Shown: positions 1-12,854 of the stretch, one piece after another | Numbering within the stretch: position 1 is the stretch's first letter | Layout: every line of letters starts with the position of its first letter | NCBI GenBank assembly: GCA_030390025.1 | Contig: CM059425.1 | Coordinates: 167,092,001-167,156,000, forward strand | Direction of reading: 5' to 3' | Origin: Squalus acanthias | Taxonomy: Eukaryota | Length of the DNA stretch: 64,000 bases | The notes under the pieces: model-generated | Seen by the model: only the letters and a program-made list of their open reading frames with translations | The model's database searches: none | Told to the model about the DNA's origin: nothing | Translations under genes and position numbers: made by a program

Positions 1-876
1 TTGTTTCCCCTGCTCCCTGTGATGAGCACCTATTCAAGACAAACACTTACAACTGACTGACTGTTAACTGCCACTGGCAGGCAACTTCTGTTAACTACAG
101 TTTTTAGGTTAAAATCAAAATCTTAAACTAAATTTCACTTTTTACAGCTTCTACTTACCCAATACTTACCAGGAATTCCTACTGTTTCCAAATTCCCAAA
201 TAAAACGCTCTTTTTAAGTGCACTCCGTTTAATCCCACTCTGTGCAGACTGCTCTATTCTCTGCAGAAATGTTTACTCTTATACTCAACACCTTAGGTCT
301 GAATTAGGCTTTTATCACTGGAAAAGCATATCAGGAAATCACAGGTGCACTCCCCATGAATTTACATCCATTAAATAAATGGAGCAGCATTCATACAATG
401 CATTTTATTGGAGCTGATCACTCCACTTGCAGTCCACCACCTTGTGCAAGACTCAGTGGAAGCAATCCAGGCAGGGTTGCTTTGAGTTTCACTGTTCTGC
501 AGTCATATCTTCACACCACATTTGTGTTTCTATATTTATAAATGTGGCACAAGACCCCTTGTATAATGAGGATATTTGACTGGAAGTCTTGTGTTAACAT
601 TCGCTCGTACTGGTGTAAACCTACCAATGCAAATGAAATTATAGTAAAGTCACTGACGAAAAGAATTGCAAAAACAATAGCCTGTAATGTTTTATCTTTT
701 AGAGTTTCACAAGGTTTCATTTAACAATATTGATAAATCTAATGAGCATTATGCATTGGGTTATAATTTATTACAAATATTAAACTTTACAGACGATTGA
801 GTGAATTTCTAGTCAGATTAATTTCCATCCAGTATGAGTAAAACTGTATCCAAGACAAAGCCAACAGTGAACCACT

Positions 877-952
877 AAACATCTCTGTCAACCTGTCTAC
901 ACCGTCCACAAACACCAAACATCTCTGTCAACCTGTCCGCACCATCCACAAA
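877..952. repeat. two-copy ~40-bp tandem duplication
   Basis: AAACATCTCTGTCAACCTGTCTACACCGTCCACAAA at 877-912 is repeated with a few substitutions at 917-952. Confidence 0.8.
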
Positions 953-1364
953 TGGATTTGCCCTTGAAAATGTGCATTATTGACTCTGGAAGCTGTTGCT
1001 CTGAGCTGTTGTCCGAATAAGAACTCCTGGTACCGAGAGAACACTCTCAGATCTAGAGCAAGGAATTAGAGTTGAAAACCTACCTACTAATTACCTTTTC
1101 TTGTTTTGTCATTTTAAATGACTTTATTTTTTTCAATGTATTGAATGCACAGGGAGCTGGGCAATCTCACATTAGAGTTGAGGACAGGGAGATGGGGCTT
1201 ACAGCAATGCTATGGTAGCTGTTTCCATGAAATTCTCATCTGAATGACAGTTTTTTTCATCTTCTTGTAGTTTTTAATTAAATCACAAAAAGGTGCAATA
1301 CCCACACAATCTGTATTGCAATCATAACAGACCAATTTTTAATTAAAGTGCTGATAAAAGATGG

Positions 1365-1945
1365 CAAAGTTAACATGCAGGTACAGCAAGCAATTAGGAA
1401 AGCAAATGGTGTGTTAGCCTTTATTGCAAGGGGGTTGTAAGAGTAAGGAAATCTTGCTGCAATTATATAGGGCTTTGGTGAGATCGCACCTGGAGTACTC
1501 AGAAGGGGTGCAACGGAGGTTCACTAGGTTGATTCCTGGGATGAGACGGTTGTCCTATGAGGAGAGATTGAGTAGAATGGGCCTATATTCTCTGGAGTTT
1601 AGAAGAATGAAACATATAAAATTGTTAGAGGGCTTGACAGGGTAAAATGCCGACAGGCTGTTTCCCCTGGCTGGAGACTCTAGAACTTGGGGCCATAGTC
1701 TCAGGCTAAGGGGTCGGCCATTTAGGACTGAGTTGAGGAGAAATTTCTTCACTCAGAGGGTTGTGAATCTTTGGAATTCTCTACCCCAGAGGGCTGTGGA
1801 TGCTGAGTCATTAAGTGTATTCAAGACTGGGTTTGTTAGATTTTTGGACATTAAGGGAATCAAAGGATATGGGGATAGGGCAGGAAAGTGGAGTTCAGGT
1901 AGAAGATCAGCCATGATCTTATTGAATGATGGAGCAGGCTCGAGG
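1365..1945 (+). mobile_element. CR1 LINE 3' fragment (RT C-terminus plus 3'UTR), degenerate
   Basis: ORFs give LLQLYRALVRSHLEY, EGVQRRFTRLIPG and RRNFFTQRVVNLWNSLP, typical CR1 ORF2 C-terminal motifs; frameshifted. Confidence 0.9.
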
Positions 1946-2289
1946 TGCTACATAAATGCAAGTTGTTGTTGTATGGTGACAGTTGGCAGAACTTGAGACT
2001 TAAAAATAGTCACTGCATTCATATCATGGTGAATCGTAACTAAAATAACTAGAAATGATTACACTTGTAATGGTTGTGATCTACCGTAATGGGAATCATC
2101 CATGTCCTGGAGGTGAAGTGACAGTGCCTCAGAACTGCAATTTGGTTTGAGTGCATTCACTTGCTGGAAACACTAATGATGGATGAACCATGTCTATTCA
2201 TTGAGCTTTCCTTTGTCCTGAAGAATATCAAATGATTTCACCAAAAGGCATAAAGTGGTTGCAGGAAAAGACTAAAAACATTTTATTTA

Positions 2290-3600
2290 TAACAACAGAA
2301 AATGCTGGAAACACTCAGCAGGTCAGGCAGCATCGTGGAGAGAGAAACAGAGTTAACATTTCAGTTCGGTGACCCTGCATCAGAACTGGAAAAAGTTGGA
2401 GAAGTAACAGATTTTTAAGCAAGTATGGAGCAGGGAAAGTGAGGAGGGGAGGAAAGAACAAAGGGAAGGTCTGTGATAGGATGGAAGGCAGGAGAGATTA
2501 AAAAACAAAAGGGATGATGGTGCAAAGCAAAAGGAGATGGTAATGGGGCAAGTTAAGAAACAAAAGATGGCTCCAGATGAGGTGTGAATGGCAATGGCAG
2601 AATCATCAACAGCTGCCATGTGAGAGAGAAAAGAAAACATAGGGGCCGAGGTTATAGTCTGAAATTGTTGAACTTGATGTTGAGTCCAGAAGGCTGTAAA
2701 GTGCCTAATCGAAAGATGAGGTGCTGTTCCTTGAGCTTACGTTGAGCTTCATTGGAACAGTGTAAGAGGCCGAGGACAGAGAGGTCAGAGTGGGCGTGGA
2801 GCAGAGAATTAAAGTGACAGGCGACCGGAAGCTCGGGGTCACCCTTACGGACTGAATGGAGGTGTTCCGCAAAGTGGTCACCCAATTTGCGTTTGGCCTC
2901 CCCAATGTAGAGGAGACCGCATCGTGAGCAGCGAATACAGTATACTAAATTGCAAGAGTACAAATAAATCGCTGTTTCACCTGGAAGGAGTGTTTGGGGC
3001 CCTGGACAGTGGGAAGGGAGGAGGTAAAAGGGCAGGTGTTGCATCTCCTGCGTTTGCACGGGAAGGTGCCGTGGGAAGGGGAAGGGGTGTTGGGGGTGAT
3101 GGAGGAGCGGACCAGGGTTTCGCGGAGGGAGCGGTCCCTTCGGAATGCTGAAGGGGGGGAGGGGAAGATGTGTTTGGTAGTGGGATCACACTGGAGGTGG
3201 CAGAAATGGCGGAGGATGATCCGTTGAATGTGGAGGCTGGTGGGGTGAAAGGTGAGGACAAGGGGAACTCTATTGTGGATCTGGGAGGGAGGGAAGGGGT
3301 GAGAGCAGGCCAAAGAATGTTACACATATCCCACGAAAAGGCAGGCATAGCTAGGACCCATGCAGGTTCCCATAGCAACACCTTTAATTTGGAGGAAGTG
3401 AGTGGAGTCAAAGGATAAGTTGTTCAATGTGAGAACAAGTTCAACCAGGCGGAGGGGGGTGGTGGTGGATGGGTACTGATTGGGCCTCTGTTCAAGGAAG
3501 AAGCAGAGCGCCCTCAGGCCATCCTGGTGGGGGGTGGAGGTGCAGAGGGATTGGACATCCATAGTGAAAAGGAGACAGTTGGGGCCAGGAAACTGGAAAC
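2290..3600 (-). mobile_element. Penelope-like element, truncated and internally deleted (RT plus GIY-YIG fragments)
   Basis: MDVQSLCTS...QIKGVAMGTCMGPSYA (PLE RT) and NLVYCIRCSRCGLLYIGE...EQHLIFRLGTLQPSGLN (GIY-YIG); 3' region carries a hammerhead relic. Confidence 0.9.
2351..2387 (-). ncRNA. degenerate minimal type I hammerhead ribozyme
   Basis: minus strand reads AGTT-CTGATGC-AGGGTCACCGAACT-GAAA-TGTT-AACT; stem I (AGTT/AACT) is intact but the core A9 is mutated to C. Confidence 0.55.
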
Positions 3601-3785
3601 TGTATTTTATTTATACTTGGAATATTGCTTCTTAAAATATTTTCAGTTTAATGTTTTAAAAACTGCTCTTCGAAGAGAAGGTTTTAAAATGGTTTTAGAA
3701 TGCATTTCAATATTTGTACAATAACACAACATTAAAATGAGAAGTCGCACAACACCAGGTTATAGTCCAACAGATTTATTTAATT

Positions 3786-3824
3786 TTACAAGCTTTCGGA
3801 GCAGTTCGCTCCTTCGTCAGGTAA
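3786..3824 (-). ncRNA. minimal type I hammerhead ribozyme (left arm)
   Basis: reverse complement of 6383-6421. Confidence 0.75.
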
Positions 3825-4045
3825 GTTTAGCAGTGAGAGAATCTCCCAGAATTCACAATTTAAACACAGACAAAATATATTCAAATCTTTCCCACATCAA
3901 AGAGCATAGCCAAGACAATGAGATGTGTCCCAGGGGGTCCAACGTGTCAAACCACCTGCTGGCTGCATATCCTGTCAATCTGTGTAGGTTCTTGTGTTAG
4001 CCTTTTTTTAAAAAAACACCTGGGAAGACCGGCCATGATGTCAAG

Positions 4046-5102
4046 TCACGTTCTGTATCGTGACATGAACCCGATATCGCGATTGAGGCCCTCCTCATGA
4101 GTGCGGAACTTGGCTATCAGTTTCTGCTCTATGATTTTGCGCTGTCGTGTATTTCGAAGGCCGCCTTGGAGAACGCTTACCCGCATATCCGAGGCTGAAT
4201 GCCCCTGGCTGCTGAAGTGTTCCCCGACTGGGAGGCAACCCTCCTGCCTGGCGATTGTTGCGCGGTGTCCGTTCATACGTTGTCTCAGTGTCTGCATGGT
4301 CTCGCCGATGTACCATGCTCTGGAGCATCCTTTACTGCAACGTATCAGGTAGACAACGTTGGCCGAGTCACATGAGTATGTACCGTGTACCTGGTGGGTA
4401 GTGTCCTCACGTGTGATGATGGTATCTGTGTCCATGATTTGGCATGTCTTGCAGAGGTTGCCGTGGCAGGGTTGTGTGGTGTCTTGGTTGCTGTTCGCCT
4501 GAAAGATGGGTAATCTGCTGCGAACGATGGTACTTTTGAGGTTAGGCGGCTGCTTGAAGGCGAGTAGTGGAGGCGTGGGGATGGCCTTAGCAAGGTGTTC
4601 GTCGTCATCGATGACATGTTGAAGGCTGCAAAGAACATGGCGTAGTTTTTCCGCTCCGGGGAAGTACTGGACGACGTAGGGTACTCTGTTGGTTGTGTCC
4701 CGTGTTCGTCTTCTGAGGAGGTCTATGCGGTTTTTCGCTGTGGCCCGTCGGAACTGTCGATCGACGAGTCGAGCGTCATATCCCGTTCTTACGAGGGCGT
4801 CTTTCAGTGTCCGTAGGTGTCCATCGCGTTCCTCCTCGTCTGAGCAGATCCTGTGTATTCGCAGGGCTTGTCCATAGGGGATGGCTTCTTTAACGTGGTT
4901 AGGGTGGAAGCTGGAGAAGTGGAGCATCGTGAGGTTGTCCGTGGGCTTGCGGTAGAGTGAAGTGCTGAGGCGTCCGTCTTTGATGGAGATTAGTGTGTCC
5001 AAGAATGAAACCGATTCTGAGGAGTAGTCCATGGTGAGTTTGATGGTGGGATGGAACCTGTTGATGCTATCGTGTAGTCCTTTCAGTGATCCTTCGCCGT
5101 GG
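4046..5102 (-). pseudogene. Penelope RT thumb plus GIY-YIG endonuclease, 5'-truncated (left arm)
   Basis: FLDTLISI..LYRKPTD, Cys linker CHGNLCKTC, NVVYLIRC..YIGET..E..GLN; open frame but lacks the RT N-terminus. Confidence 0.9.
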
Positions 5103-5104
5103 GT

Positions 5105-6161
5105 CCACGGCGAAGGATCACTGAAAGGACTACACGATAGCATCAACAGGTTCCATCCCACCATCAAACTCACCATGGACTACTCCTCAGAATCGGTTTC
5201 ATTCTTGGACACACTAATCTCCATCAAAGACGGACGCCTCAGCACTTCACTCTACCGCAAGCCCACGGACAACCTCACGATGCTCCACTTCTCCAGCTTC
5301 CACCCTAACCACGTTAAAGAAGCCATCCCCTATGGACAAGCCCTGCGAATACACAGGATCTGCTCAGACGAGGAGGAACGCGATGGACACCTACGGACAC
5401 TGAAAGACGCCCTCGTAAGAACGGGATATGACGCTCGACTCGTCGATCGACAGTTCCGACGGGCCACAGCGAAAAACCGCATAGACCTCCTCAGAAGACG
5501 AACACGGGACACAACCAACAGAGTACCCTACGTCGTCCAGTACTTCCCCGGAGCGGAAAAACTACGCCATGTTCTTCGCAGCCTTCAACATGTCATCGAT
5601 GACGACGAACACCTTGCTAAGGCCATCCCCACGCCTCCACTACTCGCCTTCAAGCAGCCGCCTAACCTCAAAAGTACCATCGTTCGCAGCAGATTACCCA
5701 TCTTTCAGGCGAACAGCAACCAAGACACCACACAACCCTGCCACGGCAACCTCTGCAAGACATGCCAAATCATGGACACAGATACCATCATCACACGTGA
5801 GGACACTACCCACCAGGTACACGGTACATACTCATGTGACTCGGCCAACGTTGTCTACCTGATACGTTGCAGTAAAGGATGCTCCAGAGCATGGTACATC
5901 GGCGAGACCATGCAGACACTGAGACAACGTATGAACGGACACCGCGCAACAATCGCCAGGCAGGAGGGTTGCCTCCCAGTCGGGGAACACTTCAGCAGCC
6001 AGGGGCATTCAGCCTCGGATATGCGGGTAAGCGTTCTCCAAGGCGGCCTTCGAAATACACGACAGCGCAAAATCATAGAGCAGAAACTGATAGCCAAGTT
6101 CCGCACTCATGAGGAGGGCCTCAATCGCGATATCGGGTTCATGTCACGATACAGAACGTGA
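5105..6161 (+). pseudogene. Penelope RT thumb plus GIY-YIG endonuclease, 5'-truncated (right arm)
   Basis: mirror copy of the left-arm ORF; the first ~24 aa of the listed 376-aa ORF are read from the opposite arm. Confidence 0.9.
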
Positions 6162-6382
6162 CTTGACATCATGGCCGGTCTTCCCAGGTGTTTTTTAAAA
6201 AAAAGGCTAACACAAGAACCTACACAGATTGACAGGATATGCAGCCAGCAGGTGGTTTGACACGTTGGACCCCCTGGGACACATCTCATTGTCTTGGCTA
6301 TGCTCTTTGATGTGGGAAAGATTTGAATATATTTTGTCTGTGTTTAAATTGTGAATTCTGGGAGATTCTCTCACTGCTAAAC

Positions 6383-6421
6383 TTACCTGACGAAGGAGCG
6401 AACTGCTCCGAAAGCTTGTAA
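6383..6421 (+). ncRNA. minimal type I hammerhead ribozyme (right arm)
   Basis: TTAC-CTGACGA-A-GGAGC-GAACT-GCTCC-GAAA-GC-TT-GTAA: stem I TTAC/GTAA, CUGANGA and GAAA cores, 5-bp stem II, palindromic AAGCTT in place of stem III. Confidence 0.8.
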
Positions 6422-7249
6422 AATTAAATAAATCTGTTGGACTATAACCTGGTGTTGTGCGACTTCTCATTTTTGTCCACCCCAGTCCAACGCCGGCATC
6501 TCCACATCATGACAACATTAAAAGATATTTGACGATTCTAGTTCAAACATTTGAGTGTAGATTCATATATTCAACTTCATTGTTAACTGTCATCTTCAAA
6601 TATGAAAACTCTTATAATTAAAAAATGAATATATGTTCTTTGCTTGAAAGACAAATATATATTAAATTTAAGCTATTAACCAATGTGTCATTACATTAGT
6701 GACTTTACGTGATTTATGCCTTCCTCAGCCAGAGTTATTGTGGACTGTGTCATCACCAGAAGTGCCCGTTGAACATTAGACTACTAACCACAGACATCAC
6801 AGGAAAGACACTTTTGAATTAGAGGATGTTCAGGCACCTGTCATGGAAACCAAACAAATGTCAATTGTTTCATTCATTGTATTTCTACTAAAGCACTAGT
6901 ATGTGGGTGAAAGCCAGAAAAACCTGACACACATGAACTGAAATCATGCTGTGCAATTATGGTGATGAATGGCATTCCTTTGTTATTTGTTTCAATGAAG
7001 GCGTTAAGCTGTTTTATTTAAAATATCACAAAAATGAATTTCATATGTACATATTAGTGTCTTTGCTACTAATATAACACAAATCAGGATTTCAATCCTA
7101 AGGATTCCAGTATCCAAATTTATAGCTTCCACACTATCTGGTGAAATAGTTGTGAATGAAATTGCCATCCTAATTGTAAAATATTCTACTTTTTGTAATG
7201 TTAATGAATAAATGTCTTTTAATGGGGTGACTTTGACATCTGGTGATGA

Positions 7250-7480
7250 CAACTATTTGCATGTTATAGAATGGCTTAAAGTAAAGAACATTCTAAGGCA
7301 CTTCACAGATGAGCATATAGAAAATGAATGCTGAGCCAAGAAGGGAGAGATTGGGGGGATCAAATACTTGATTGAAGAGTTGGCATTTGAGTTGTGTTTT
7401 AATTGAAGAGGGAGAGGTTGGGAAGCAGCGGGGTTAAGTGAGGGAATTACAAAGATTGGGACCGAAGTGGCTGACGGTTT
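7250..7480 (-). mobile_element. old L2-type LINE 3' end
   Basis: degenerate sequence resembling an L2 3' end; probably continuous with 8650-9620 before the 7488-8640 insertion. Confidence 0.45.
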
Positions 7481-7487
7481 TTCCACT

Positions 7488-8640
7488 ATTTTTTTATTCG
7501 TTGCTGGAATGTGGGCATCGTTGGCAAGGCCAGCATTTATTGCCCATCCCTAATTGCCCTTGAGAAGATGGTGGTGAGCTGCCTTCTTGAACCGCTGCAG
7601 TCCTTGTGGTGAAGGTACTCCCATAGTGCTGTTAGGGAGGGAGTTCCAGGATTTTGACCCAGTGACGATGAAGGAACGACGATATATTTCCAAGTCAGAA
7701 TGGTGAGTAACTTGGAGGAGAACTTGGAGGTGATGGTGTTCCCATGCACCTGCTGCCCTTGTCCTTCTAGGTGGAAGAGGTCGCGGGTTTGGGAGGTGAT
7801 GCCGAAGAAGCCTTGATGAGTTGCTGCAGTGCATCTTGTAGCTGGTACACACTGCAGCCACGGTACGCCGGTGGTGGAGGGAGAGAATGTTTAAGGTGGT
7901 GGATGGGGTGCCAATCAAGTGGGCTGCTTTGTCCTGTATGGTGTCAAGTTTCTTGAGTGTTGTGGGAGCTGCACTCATCCAGGCAAGTGGAGAGTATTCC
8001 ATCACACTCCTGACGTGTGCCTTGTAGTTGGTGGAAAGGCTTTGGGGAGTCATGAGGTGAGACACTCGCCGCAGAATACCTAGCCTCTGACCTGCTCTTG
8101 TAGCCACAATATTTATGTGGCTGATCCAGTTAAGTTTCCTGTCAATGGTAACCCCCAGGATGTTGATGGTGGGGGATTCGGTGATGGTAATGCCGTTGAA
8201 TGTCAAGAAGTGGTGTTTAGACTCTCGCTTGTTGGAGATAGTCATTGCCTGGCACTTGTGTGGCATGAATGTTACCTGCCACTTATCAGCCGAAGCCTGA
8301 ATGTTGTCCAGGTTTTGCTGCATGAGGGCATGGACTGCTTCATTATCTGAGGAGTTGCGAATGGAACTGAACACTGCAATCATCAGCGAATATCCCCACT
8401 TCTGACCTTATGATGGAGAGAAGGTGATTGATGAAACAGCTGAAGATGGTTGGGCCTAGGACACTGCCCTGAGGAACTCCTGCAGTGATATCCTGGGGCT
8501 GAGATGATTGACCTCCAACATCCACAACTATCTTCCTTTGTGCTAGGTATGACTCCAGCCAGTGGAGAGTTTTCCCCCTGATTCCCATTGACTTCAATTT
8601 TCCTTGGGCTCCTTAGTGCTACACTCGGTTAAATGCTGGG
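7488..8640 (-). mobile_element. CR1/L2-group LINE 3' fragment (RT)
   Basis: GVPQGSVLGP, IFADD, YKAHVRSVMEYSPLAW; poly-A tail at the left end; same family as 11290-12854. Confidence 0.9.
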
Positions 8641-8649
8641 TTGATCGGT

Positions 8650-9620
8650 GGAGTGAAGGAAGGGGAGGATGCCTAAGAGGTGAAAGTCAGTAAAACAGAG
8701 TTTTCAGCAGGAATATAGAAACCATGGAGGGAATTAAACACGAGGACAAGGATTTTAAATTTGAGGCATTGGGGGGTTGGATCCTAGAGTAAGTCTGCGA
8801 CAATGGGGCTGATAAGCGAGCAGGACTTAGCATGGTTAAAGATATGGGCAGCAGAGTATTGGACAAGTTGAAGTTTATGAAGGTAGAGGATGGAAGGCAG
8901 GCAGGGAGAGTTGAGATAGTTAAGTTCAAAGGTGACATGGGCATGTATGAAGGTCTCAGCGGTGATGGTGAGGTAGGAACAGCAGAGCAATCTTTCTGAT
9001 GGATAGGAGGTAGAGCTGGATGTTATTGGCGTACATGTGGAAGCGGACCCCATGTTTACAGATGATAGCAACAAGTGGCAGTACAAGGAAGAGGGGGGGC
9101 AACGATAGATACTTGAGCGATGTCAGAGTTCATGGTGTGGGTGACGGTAGAGCAGGAATTGCTGAAGATGCTCTGGCTACATTCAGATAGGTAGGAGCAG
9201 GACCACGTAAGGGTGGTCCCATGTAGCTAGACAATGAAGGAAAGGTGATTGAGAAGGTGATTCAATAATGTCAAATACCCCAAAGAGGTCAAAAAGGGTG
9301 AGTAGACTTAGAGGATCCCATTTGTGACTTTGATTGAGGCCATTTTGATATTGTGACAAGAGTGGAATCCAGACTAGAGAATTTGAGCAGGAAGTTAAAG
9401 AGGCAGATACAGATCTGGGTGCAGCAATGTGTTTAAAGATATGAGACAGCAAAGGGAGGTTGCTGATAGAGCAATAGTTGGTGAGGATGGAACAATTGAG
9501 GGTGTTTATTTTATAAAAGGGGAGATAACATTAGTTTTGAAGGGGAGTGGGGCCAGGAATTAGAGCTGGGTGGTCAGAGGTTGAGTGGAGTGAGGATTGA
9601 GGAAGCAAGAGGTGGATCTC
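8650..9620 (-). mobile_element. old L2 LINE RT fragment
   Basis: AETFIHAHVTFELNYLNS..LHKLQLVQYSAAHI and LLTLFDLFGVFDII resemble L2 RT motifs; highly decayed. Confidence 0.65.
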
Positions 9621-10662
9621 ATAAGAACATAAGAATTACGAGCAGGAGTAGGTCATAGGGCCCTTCGAGCCTGCTCCGCCATTCAATAAGATCATGGTTG
9701 ATCTTCGACTTCAACTCTACTTTCTTGCCCAATCCCCATATCCCTTGATTCCCCTAGAGTCCAAAAATCTATCTATCTCAGCCTTGAATATACTCAACGA
9801 CTCAGCATCCACAGCCCTTTTGGGTAGAGAATTCCAAAGATTCACAACCCACTGAGTGAAGAAATTCCTCCTCATCTCAGTCTTAAATGGCCGACCCCTT
9901 ATCCTGAGACTATGCCCCCTAGTTCTAGACTCTCCAACCAGGGGAAACAACCTCTTAGCATCTACCCTGTCAATCCTCCTCAGAATCTTATATGTTTCAA
10001 TGAGATCACCTCTCATTCTTCTAAACTCCAGAGAGTATAGGCCCATTCTACTCAATATCTCCTCATAGGACAACCCTCTCATCTCAGGGGTCAATCTGGT
10101 GAACCTTCGTTGCACCACCTCTAAGGCATGTACGTCCTTTCTCAGATAAGGAGACCAAAACTGTGTACAGTACTCCAGGTGTGGTCTCACCAAAGCCCTG
10201 TACAATTGTAGTAAGACTTCCCTACTCTTGTACTCCAACCCCCTTGCAATAAAGGCCAACATGCCATTTGCCTTCTTAATTGCTTGCTGTACCTGCATGC
10301 TAACTTTCTGTGTTTCCTGTATGAGGACACCCAAATCTCTCTGAACACCAACATTTAATAGTTTCTCACCATTTAAAAAATATTCTGTTTTTCTATTCTT
10401 CCTTCCAAAGTGAATAACCTCACATTTCCTCACACTATACTCCATCTGCCACCTTATTGCCCACTCACTTAGCCTTTCTATATTCCTTTGCAGGCTCTTT
10501 ATGTCCTCCTCACAGCTTACTTTCCCACCTAACTTTCTGTCATCAGCAAACTTGGATACATTGCACTCGGTCCCTTCATCTAAGTCATTGATATAGATTG
10601 TAAATAGCTGAGGCCCAAGCACTGATCCTTGCAGCATCCCACTAGTTACAGCCTGCCAACCG
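9621..10662 (-). mobile_element. CR1 LINE 3' fragment
   Basis: 306-aa ORF with QGSVLGPQLF, KFADD and RPHLEYC; (TTCTTATG)n-type tail at 9621-9635. Confidence 0.95.
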
Positions 10663-11289
10663 GCAGTGAGGACAAGTGGCAGGCTCGTCTAGGAAGCCCG
10701 GGGCACTGGAGAACTAGCATAAACAGGGCAACAAGCTATTTCAGGCCACTACCACCCTGTTTATGCCAGCCAGCCCAAGTTAAAAGCTATCCCAAAGAGT
10801 CAAGAGAACACGTGGAAAAGTGGTATTAACTTTCTTCACATGCATGTGGAATCTAATCCCATACCTACAAATTATGTTGCTGAGAGGGAGCATATAGATA
10901 GAGCCTTTCACTGGGCGATGCAACACCCACCTGTTATAGGCAGTAGGTTCTTTAATATGCAAATTGGGGTCCTATGACATACATGGGATGCCGAATGCAA
11001 TTTTGCTGGACCACTGGACGGGGTGTGCCCCGAGCCCTCTCTGCTCAGTTTTACTTGGTGGTACCAACAGAAAAGGCACCAAAAAAGTAAGTTTAACATT
11101 TTTTTTGTGGGACCAGGAAGAGCAATAATGTGGGCCGCTGCGGGCTCTCCCCTGGAACTATCTTCCTGCCGGCCGACTTGGCCTCTGGGCCACCCGATAT
11201 TGTAACATCTCGACAGTTGGCAAGCTGCAGCAAGGCACCCATTTAGCACATGCAGCTCACTGGCAGCATGGTAATGAGGTCCACGTGGT

Positions 11290-12854
11290 ATCAAGAAACG
11301 GCTGCGCACACTGGATGCAGCAAAGGCCATGGGCCCCGACAACATCTCAGCTATCGTGCTGAAGACTTGTGCTCCAGAACTAGCCGCGCTCTAGCCAAGC
11401 TGTTCTAGTACAGCTACAACACTGGCATCTATCCGACAATGTGGAAAACTGCCCAGGTATGTGCTATCCACAAAAAGCAGGACAAATCCAACTCGGCCAA
11501 TTACCGCCCCATCAGTCTACTCTCAATCATCAGCAAAGTGATGGAAGGTGTCATCGACAGTGCTATCAAACGGCACTTACTCACCAATAACCTGCTCACT
11601 GATGCCCAGTTTGGGTTCTGCCAAGACCACTCGGCTCCCGACCTCATTACAGCCTTGGTCCAAACATGGACAAAGGAACTGAATTCCAGAGGTGAGGTGA
11701 GAGTGACTGCCCTTGACATCAAGGCAGCATTTGACCGAGTGTGGCATCAAGGAGCCCTAGTAAAACTGAAGTCAATGGGAATCAGGGGGAAAATGCAGGG
11801 GGAAGATGGTTGTGGTGGTTGAAGGTCAATTATAACAGCCCCAGGACATCACTGCAGGAGTTCCTCAGGGCAGTGTCCTAGGCCCAACCATCTCCAGCTG
11901 CTTCATCAATGACCTTCCCTCCAACATAAGGTCAGAAATGGGGATGTTCGCTGATGACTGCACAGTCTTCAGCGCCATTCGCAACTCCACAGATAATGAA
12001 GCAGTCCATGCCCGCATGCAACAAGACCTGGACGACGTTCAGGCTTGGGCTGATAAGTGGCAGGTAACATTCGCGCCACAGAAGTGCCAGGCAATGACTA
12101 TCTCCAACAAGCGAGAGTCTAACCACCTCCCCTTGACATTCAATGGCATTACCATCTCCGAATCCCCCACCATCAACATCCTGGGGGGTCACCATTAACC
12201 AGAAACTTAACTGGACCAGCCACATAAATACTGTGGCAACAAGAGCAGGTCAGAGGCTAGGTATTCTGCGGCGAGTGTCTCACCTTCTGACTCCCCAAAG
12301 CCTTTCCACCATCTACAAGGCACAAGTAAGGAGTGTGATGGAATATTCTCCACTTGCCTAGATGAGTGCAGCTCCAACAATACTCAAGAAGCTCGACACC
12401 ATCCAGGACAAAGCAGCCCGCTTGATTGGCAACCCATCCACCAGCTTAAACATTCACTCCCTCCACCACCGGCGTACTGTGGCTGCAGTGTGTACCATCT
12501 ACAAGATGCCCTGCAGCAACTCGCCAAGACTTTTTCGGCAGCACCTCCCAAAGCCGCGACCTCTTCCACCTAGAAGGACAAGGGCAGCAGGCGCATGGGA
12601 ACACCACCACCTCCAAGTTCCCCTCCATGTCACACACCATCCTGACTTAGAAGAGTATATCGCCGATCCTGCATCATCGCTGAGTCAAAATCCTGGAACT
12701 CCCTCCCTAACAGCACTGTGGGAGTACCTTCACCACACGGACTGCAGCGGTTCAAGAAGGTGGCTCACCACCACCTTCTCAAGGGCAACTAGTGATGGGC
12801 AATAAATGCTGGCATTGCCAGCGATGCCCTGATCCCATAAACGAATAAAAAAAA
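11290..12854 (+). mobile_element. CR1/L2-group LINE 3' fragment (RT)
   Basis: NYRPISLLS, ALDIKAAFDRVWH, MFADD; AATAAA plus A-tail at about 12845; frameshifts and stops. Confidence 0.92.

Larger units (their letters stand above)
3734..6511. mobile_element. 5'-truncated Penelope-like element inserted as a head-to-head fold-back palindrome
   Basis: arms 3734-5102 and 5105-6473 are reverse complements around a 2-nt loop; the right arm has 38 extra 3' nt; direct repeat ACAACATTAAAA at 3726-3737 and 6512-6523. Confidence 0.95.

Noticed and set aside
356..724. short ORFs and a possible minus-strand exon near 620
   Set aside because: no recognisable protein or consistent splice pair
5031..5104. apparent hydrophobic N-terminus on the 376-aa Penelope ORFs
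   Set aside because: it is the antisense reading of the opposite palindrome arm
7004..7252. 82-aa minus-strand ORF in AT-rich DNA
   Set aside because: no homology recognised; compatible with chance
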